DNA from: Eledone cirrhosa
Taxonomy: Eukaryota
DNA length: 20,834 nt
Direction: 5' to 3'
NCBI GenBank assembly: GCA_964016885.1
Contig: CAXHJY010000817.1
Span: 1-20,834, forward strand
Part shown: one piece after another, positions 1 to 7,510 of the stretch
How positions within the stretch are numbered: position 1 is the first letter of the stretch
Layout: each line of letters begins with the position of its first letter
Position numbers and translations under genes: made by a program
Notes under the pieces: model-generated
Told to the model about the DNA's origin: nothing
What the model saw: only the letters and a program-made list of their open reading frames with translations
Databases searched by the model: none

Positions 1-292
1 TCATATATTTGTTTAATATATATATATGTATATATAGTATATGATAGTGGTATATATATATTATGTATATATATACGTGTATATATTATATAATATGTAT
101 ATATACTAATATATGTATATATTATATGTATATATATGTATATATATAGTATATATATATATATAGTATATATATATATGTATATATATATATGTATATA
201 TTATATATGTATATATATATATATGTATATATATATATGTATATATATATATATGTATATATATATGTATATTATATATTTATATATATATG

Positions 293-343
<51 letters not shown>

Positions 344-412
344 GTATATATATATGTATATATATATATATGTATATATATATATGTATATATATATTAT
401 ATATATATATAG

Positions 413-445
<33 letters not shown>

Positions 446-507
446 GTATATATATATGTATATATATATATGTATATAGTATATATATATATGTATATAT
501 ATATATG

Positions 508-538
<31 letters not shown>

Positions 539-650
539 GTATATATATATATGTATATATATATATGTATATATATGTATGTATATATATATGTATATTA
601 TATATATGTATATATATATATATGTATATATATATATGTATATATATATG

Positions 651-681
<31 letters not shown>

Positions 682-694
682 GTATATATATATG

Positions 695-728
<34 letters not shown>

Positions 729-1089
729 TATGTATAATATATATATGTATATATATTATATGTATATATATATGTATATATATGTATATATATATATGTA
801 TATATATATTATGTATATATATATGTATATATATATGTATATATATATATGTATTATATATGTATATATATGTATATATATATATATGTATATATATATA
901 TGTATATATAATATATATATGTATATATATATTATATATATGTATATATATATATGTATATTATATGTATATAATATATATGTATATATATATGTATATA
1001 TATATATATGTATATATATATATGTATATATATATATGTATATATATATATGTATATATATATATATGTATATATATATAGTATATATG

Positions 1090-1134
<45 letters not shown>

Positions 1135-1178
1135 GTATATATATATGTATATATATATATATGTATATATTATATATG

Positions 1179-1211
<33 letters not shown>

Positions 1212-1226
1212 GTATATATATATATG

Positions 1227-1273
<47 letters not shown>

Positions 1274-1274
1274 G

Positions 1275-1323
<49 letters not shown>

Positions 1324-1545
1324 GTATATTATATATATGTATTATATGTATATATATATATGTATAATATATATGTATATATATATGTGTATATATATAT
1401 GTATATTATATATGTATATATATATATGTATATATATATATGTATATATATATGTATATATATATATGTATATATATATATATGTATATATATATATGTA
1501 TATATAATATATATATGTATATATATATATGTGTATATATATATG

Positions 1546-1578
<33 letters not shown>

Positions 1579-1592
1579 GTTATATATATATG

Positions 1593-1623
<31 letters not shown>

Positions 1624-1933
1624 GTATATATATATATGTATATATATATGTATATATATATGTATATATATATATGTGTATATATATATATGTGTATATA
1701 TATATGTATATATTATATATGTATATATATATATGTATATATATATATGTATATATATATGTATATATATATATGTATATATATATGTATATATATATAT
1801 ATGTATATATATATATGTATATATATTTATGTATATATATATATGTTATATATATATATGTATATATATATATGTATATATATATATATAGTATATATAT
1901 ATGTATATATATATATATGTATATATATATATG

Positions 1934-1988
<55 letters not shown>

Positions 1989-2058
1989 GTATATATATAT
2001 ATGTATATATATGTATATATATTATATATATATTTATATGTATATATATATATGTATA

Positions 2059-2100
<42 letters not shown>
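1..2100. repeat. Degenerate (TA)n microsatellite interrupted by TG (roughly 8-14 nt TATATATATG units)
   Basis: Almost only alternating T/A with periodic G on the + strand; runs off the window start. Confidence 0.98.
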
Positions 2101-3355
2101 GCTAAAGGTAAACCCCTCTACTTAGCTTTTGTCGACTTGGAGAAAGCCTTCGACAGAGTCCCCCGCTCCATTATCTGGTGGGCTCTTAGAAAACTAGGCG
2201 TTGACGAATGGCTTGTGAGGGCTATACAAGCCATGTATAAAGAAACAGTCAGCAAGGTTAGAATTAACAACGAATATAGTGAAGAGTTTAGCGTAAAAAT
2301 TGGCGTCCATCAGGGCTCTGTTCTCAGCCCACTACTATTTATTATTGCCCTTCAGGCTATAACAGAGGAGTTCAAGACAGGCTGCCCATGGGAACTCCTA
2401 TACGCAGACGACCTGACACTCATAGCAGAATCAATGGCCGAGCTAGAGAAGAAATTCCAAACATGGAAGCACGGCCTAGAGTCAAAAGGCCTTAAAATTA
2501 ACCTGGCTAAGACCAAAGTACTAGTTTGTAGGAAAGAAAACAAGGCGGCGGTCCCTTCTGGGAAATGGTCGTGCTCGGTGTGTAGGAAAGGCGTAGGTAG
2601 AAACTCCATTTTATGTCCTAAATGCAAAGTATGGGTGCATAAAAGATGTAGTGGGATCACAGGTACGCTAACTAAGAACATAGATTTTACATGTGGCCGG
2701 TGTTCTGGTGCAATAAGTAGCAGCAAGTGCCCACAAAATACTAGCTCTTTCAATTGCGCAGAGGGTTCTATAGAAATAGTGGACAGCTTCCGTTACCTGG
2801 GCGATAAAATCAGCAGTGGGGGAGGGTGCTCTGAAAGTACTGTAGCTAGAGTCAGAACTGGTTGGAAAAAGTTCAGAGAGCTTATACCACTATTAGCTGC
2901 TAAAGGGTTCTCCCTAAAAATGAAAGGCAGGTTGTATGATGCCTGCATACGAACAGCAATGCTGCATGGCAGTGAGACCTGGGCATTGTGTGCAGAGGAT
3001 ATACGCAGACTAGAGAGGAACGAAGCTTGCATGCTCCGCTGGATGTGTAACAGTAATATACGTGAACGGCAAAGCATAAACGAACTAAGGAAAAAATTAG
3101 AGATAAGAGGGATCAGATGTTGTTTACTCGAGAGAAGGCTACGTTGGTATGACACGTGATGCGCATGAAAGTCGATAGCTGTATAACAAAGTGCAGGGCA
3201 ATAAAGATAGACGGTAGTCACGGAATAGGCAGACCTAGAAAAACTGGGACGAGCTGATAAACTCCGACATCACACACTTACACCTCTCCAAGACAATGTC
3301 ACTGGACCGAGACCTTTGGCGGTACTCAGTAACAGAGAAGACCCGCCTTACCTAA
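2101..3355 (+). pseudogene. Truncated, frameshifted RTE reverse transcriptase fragment with internal PHD-type finger (2572-2703)
   Basis: Translation from [18 protein letters not shown] to RRLRWY matches the 991-aa ORF at 7913-10888 almost residue for residue; frame is lost at about 3150. Confidence 0.9.
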
Positions 3356-3751
3356 ATATATAGTAAAACCTACTCACCAGCCAGTAGGCATCTCTAACAA
3401 AATACACCCCGTCCCGCCACCACCCCCACCCCATCCACACCACCCCGTTCTATGTAAAGTTATGTTGGTGCCGCGCCATCGAGGCCGAAACAAATGAGAT
3501 CGTGTAGGTGTCACGACAAAAAAACACAGTCCACGCTGTAATGTGGCCGTGTAGGCAACACGGTAAAAACCTCCCAGAACCACACTGTAAATGTGGTTGG
3601 TGTTAGGAAGGGCATCCAACTGTAGAAAACCTGCCAGACAGTCCTATGCGAGCAAGACAATCACTCTTGCCTCAAGTGGGACTACCCCCGTCCAAACCCA
3701 TGCAAGCATGGAACACGGACGTTAAACGTTGATGATGATGATGATGATGAT
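2101..3751 (+). mobile_element. RTE-clade non-LTR retrotransposon, family A, 5'-truncated copy A1 (RT C-terminal half, 3' UTR, (GAT)7 tail)
   Basis: Encodes [28 protein letters not shown] and RRLRWY. Single-base deletions near 3150 and 3245 relative to copy A3; native stop at 3353-3355. Ends ...ggacgttaaacgtt(gat)7. Near-identical to the reverse complement of 7511-9170. Confidence 0.95.
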
Positions 3752-3752
3752 G

Positions 3753-3809
<57 letters not shown>

Positions 3810-3989
3810 GTATATATATATATGTATATATATATATATGTACATATATATATGTATATATATATATATGTATATATATATGTATATATATATAATTGTA
3901 TATATATATGTGTGTATATATATATGTATATATATATATATATGTGTGTATAATATATATATGTATATATATGTGTGTATATATATATG

Positions 3990-4023
<34 letters not shown>

Positions 4024-4091
4024 TGTGTGTATATATATATGTGTGTATATATATATATGTGTGTATATATATATGTGTGTATATATATATG

Positions 4092-4126
<35 letters not shown>

Positions 4127-4147
4127 GTGTGTATATATATATGTGTG

Positions 4148-4179
<32 letters not shown>

Positions 4180-4188
4180 TATATGTAC
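3752..4188. repeat. (TA)n/(TG) microsatellite block
   Basis: Alternating TA with TG and TGTG interruptions. Confidence 0.97.
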
Positions 4189-5341
4189 GGAACAGTAAGG
4201 TGGAGGGGTCAATTAAGGCCAAAAAGCAGGCTTGGAAAGTATGGCGGGATGGGGGAAGTAGAGAAGACAATCAAGTGGCCAGGAGGGAAGCTAGGAGACA
4301 AGTGTACTTCGCAAGAAGGGAAGCAGAGGAAAGAAAGTCCAAGCATGTTCTAAAACATGAGGACCAAAAACGTGAGGTGTTCAGGATTGCTAGGCAATGT
4401 GTCAAGGAAAACCGTGATATTGTCGGGGAGAAGTGTGTACTTAATGATGACGGCGTACTTGCCATCACCGACGCTGATAAGAAGGTAGCTTGGAAGTGTC
4501 ACTATGAAAAGCTACTAAATGAGGAGAATAAATGGGAGAAAGACAGTCTCCCCCACATCGACCCAATAGAGGGACCAGCAGTGTTAGTCGAGGGTAGTAT
4601 AATAAGTAAGGCAATCAAAGATATGAAGACGGGTAAGGCGGCTGGGCCTTCGGAAATAGTTGCCGAGATGCTGAAGGCATCTGGTACGGTGGGACACACC
4701 ATGGTCACCCGGATAGTTAACCAAGTCGTACAGAATGGGGTTGTTCCGAAGGACTGGCGTAGCAGCATCATCGTTAACTGTTATAAGGGTAAAGGAGATG
4801 CCCTAGATAGGAGTAACTATAGAGGCATTAAATTAATCGACCAGGTCATGAAGGTCACAGAAAAAGTAATAGCGCAACTAATCAGAGAGAGAAATGATCT
4901 AGATGAAATGCAGTTTGGGTTTGTGTCAGGCAAAAGTACCACAGACGCTCTTTTCATTGTACGACAACTACAGGAGAAGTACCTAGCTAAAATTAACCCC
5001 TATACAAAAAAACACACAGTCCACGCTGTAATGTGGCCGCGTAGGCAACACGGTAAAAACCTCCCAGCCCCACACTGTAAATGTGGTTGGTGTTAGGAAG
5101 GGCATCCAGCTGTAGAAAACCCACCAGACAGTCCACGCTGTAATGTGGCCGTGTAGGCAACACGGTAAAAACATCCCAGCCCCACACTGTAAATGTGGTT
5201 GGTGTTAGGAAGGGCATCCAGCTGTAGAAAACCCGCCAGATAGTCCTATGCGAGCAAGATAATCACTCTTGCCTCAAGTAGGAAAACCCCCGTCCAAACC
5301 CATGCAAGCGTGGAACACAGACGTTAAACGTTGATGATGAT
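4189..5341 (+). mobile_element. RTE family A copy A2: 5'-truncated, about 1.4 kb internal deletion, duplicated 3' UTR segment, (GAT)3 tail
   Basis: 4189-5004 encodes [12 protein letters not shown]...KAAGP...NYRGIKL...QFGF...QEKYLAK, matching the A3 ORF. It then jumps to 3' UTR sequence (aaaaaaacacacagtccacg) and ends ...acgttaaacgttgatgatgat. Confidence 0.93.
5016..5239 (+). repeat. 112-bp tandem duplication (2 units) inside the RTE 3' UTR
   Basis: acagtccacgctgtaatgtggcc...tgtagaaaacccrccag starts at 5016 and again at 5128; present once in A1 and A3. Confidence 0.93.
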
Positions 5342-5460
5342 ATATATGTATATATATGTATATGTATATATATGTATATGTATATATATGTATATGTATA
5401 TATATGTATATGTATATATATGTATATATATGTATATGTATATATATGTATATATATATA
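5342..5460. repeat. (TA)nTG microsatellite block
   Basis: TATATG/TATATATATG units. Confidence 0.95.
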
Positions 5461-5716
5461 TGTTGATTTAAAACTGAACTATCCACATGTGTTTTTTAAC
5501 CTTCATATCATGTCTTCATGTTTTATCTGATGAAAACACAAATATTATTGCATGTTGATATTTGTTTTTGAAATACGCATAATAAAATACATGGAACTCT
5601 TTTAACCATCTTTTGTTCTTATATATTATGTATACTCCAGTCCTACATACTGTAGAGTGCTTATTATCCGATATCTGCATTGCTTTATTGTACTACAATA
5701 AAACTCACCTCCTACA
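5461..5716 (+). mobile_element. Short non-coding hammerhead-bearing repeat (Penelope-like pseudo-LTR fragment or retrozyme-like element), family H1 copy 1
   Basis: 5461-5624 matches the reverse complement of 11421-11586 (12 substitutions and a 2-nt indel by manual count). Contains a hammerhead motif, is flanked on both sides by TA arrays, and has no credible ORF. Confidence 0.65.
5521..5587 (+). ncRNA. Type I hammerhead ribozyme (minimal stem III)
   Basis: Stem I TTTTAT(5521-5526)/ATAAAA(5582-5587); core CTGATGA 5527-5533; stem II aaacacaaatatta/tgatatttgttttt (5534-5569); GAAA 5570-5573; stem III A-T, T-A around ACGC; predicted AUA cleavage after 5581. Confidence 0.82.
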
Positions 5717-5774
5717 TATATGTATATATATATATGTATATATATGTATATGTATATATATGTATATATATATG

Positions 5775-5809
<35 letters not shown>

Positions 5810-5820
5810 GTATATATGTA
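5717..5820. repeat. (TA)nTG microsatellite block
   Basis: Alternating TA with TG. Confidence 0.95.
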
Positions 5821-5951
5821 GATAAATCTACCAAAAGTTTACGGTAGTGTCCAATCCGTATGAAGAACTCAATGTAATCCGGATATCATGAAAAGAAGAG
5901 ATGCATTCAAAAATCACTTTCGGTGAAAGATAAACGGAATACAGAGTCAAG

Positions 5952-6541
5952 ATAAAATATTAAAAAAATAATGAATAAACAAAGAAACAGTTCCTTATAT
6001 TAAACAAAAAAAGTTCATTATTTTATGATCGTTTCTAGGACATATATGTGTTAGAATTGGTATGCATATTCAAAAGATCTATGTACAAAATTATACAAAC
6101 TATCAAAGAGAATATACATACCTTCACATATATATGCTGTCTTCAGAGATAATGATGCAAATTTATTGATAATAACAATAATTCAAAATTAACAGGTCCG
6201 TTTGGGAACAGATTTTAAATAGACCAACGAAATACATAAAAATCTATCAAGAAAATACAGTTAGGTGTGTGCATATATGTATGTAAATCCGTTCACAGAT
6301 GTGCATAAAAATGCATGTTCATATGCATACGTATGTTGAAAAAGTGTATGTAAATATAAAAATTTAGGGCTAATGTCTACAATCTACAGACAGAATATAT
6401 ATATATATATATATATACACATACATACAATTACATTTCTAACACATATATGTCCTAGAAACGATCGTAAAATAATGAACTTTTTTTGTTTAATATAAGG
6501 AACTGTTTCTTTGTTTATTCATTATTTTTTTAATATTTTAT
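5952..6541. repeat. 105-bp inverted repeat (arms 5952-6056 and 6437-6541, 1 mismatch, 380-bp spacer)
   Basis: ataaaatattaaaaaaataatgaa...catatatgtgttagaa is the reverse complement of ttctaacacatatatg...ttaatattttat; the only difference is at 6026/6467. Confidence 0.95.
6015..6155 (-). ncRNA. Degenerate type I hammerhead ribozyme with a large (74-nt) loop II
   Basis: Minus strand reads tcattatct-CTGAAGA-cagcatatatatgtg...cacatatatgtccta-GAAA-cgatca-TA-aaataatga. Stem I has 8 of 9 pairs and stem II 13 of 15 pairs. The stem III mismatch is corrected (cgatcg) in the inverted copy at 6458-6469. Confidence 0.65.
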
Positions 6542-6549
6542 ATATGTAC

Positions 6550-7021
6550 GAAAGGCCGGTTGTATGATGCCTGTGTGAGGAGCGCGATGCTGCATGGTAG
6601 TGAGACATGGGCAGCAACCGCAGAAGATATGCGACGGCTAGAGAGAAATGAGGCAAGCATGCTCCGTTGGATGTGCAGTGTAAATGTGCGTGAACGACCC
6701 AGCATAAATGTGTTGAGAGAGAAACTGTGTCTGAGAGGGATAGAATGTAGTGTACGGGAGAGGAGACTGAGGTGGTATGGACATGTGATGCGCATGGAGG
6801 ATGACCGATGGGTGAAGAAGTGCCAGGAAATGCCAGTTGAAGGAAGACGTGGTAGAGGTAGACCACGAAAAACATGGGCGGAGGTGGTGAGAACAGACCT
6901 CAGATCATTGAAGCTCACGGTGGAGATGACGAGGGACCGTGACGAGTGGAGAGATGCTGTGCTTAATAAGACCCGTCCCACCCTTGCAAGCAGGGAAACG
7001 CGGACGTAAGATGATGATGAT
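6550..7021 (+). mobile_element. RTE family C, short 5'-truncated 3' fragment with (GAT)4 tail
   Basis: Encodes [20 protein letters not shown]...[11 protein letters not shown]...GRGRPRKTW, homologous to but clearly diverged from families A and B. Stop TAA at 7007-7009 directly abuts gatgatgatgat. Confidence 0.92.
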
Positions 7022-7360
7022 ATATATGTATATATATATATGTGTATATATATATATATATGTATATATATGTATATATGTATATATGTATGTATATATA
7101 TATATATATGTGTACATATATATATATATGTATATATATATGTGTGTATATATATATATATGTATATAAGAATTAAAATACTAGAGTGTGTTGGAGTTAA
7201 ACACCCTCTTCATATAGAAATGACAGTATAAGATATAGCTCAATGTAATTAGACAGAGCCGAAGAATTATAAAAAATAAACCATATATATATGTATGTGT
7301 ATATATATGTATATATATGTATATGTATATATATATGTATATATATATGTATATGTATAT

Positions 7361-7432
<72 letters not shown>

Positions 7433-7433
7433 G

Positions 7434-7502
<69 letters not shown>

Positions 7503-7510
7503 GTATATAT
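7022..7510. repeat. (TA)nTG microsatellite with an unassigned island of about 115 bp at 7168-7283
   Basis: Two TA blocks (7022-7167 and 7284-7510) around a short non-repetitive AT-rich stretch. Confidence 0.9.

Larger units (their letters stand above)
5821..6541 (-). mobile_element. AT-rich hammerhead-bearing element fragment with a partial inverted duplication, family H2 (probable Penelope-like remnant)
   Basis: Non-microsatellite island containing a minus-strand hammerhead (6015-6155) and a 105-bp inverted repeat. No recognisable protein remnant; boundaries approximate. Confidence 0.5.

Noticed and set aside
136-3159. 1007-aa ORF fusing a Y/I/M/C/V-rich N-terminus to an RT
   Set aside because: The first 655 codons are TA microsatellite, which rarely forms stop codons; the fusion is a chance in-frame junction with a truncated RTE.
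4985-5010. Splicing as the cause of the A2 internal deletion (AAG/GTAAAC donor-like site in the master)
   Set aside because: A2 keeps about 13 nt of alignable sequence past the putative donor, and there is no AG acceptor at the rejoining point.
5016-5239. Repeat-spacer-like pattern suggestive of a CRISPR array
   Set aside because: Two contiguous 112-bp units with no unique spacers, inside a LINE 3' UTR in eukaryotic DNA, and no cas genes.
6144-6215. Minus-strand peptide NLFPNGPVN resembling a GIY-YIG C-terminal PxGxN motif
   Set aside because: An in-frame stop lies immediately upstream and no other GIY-YIG motifs are visible, so it cannot support a Penelope ORF.
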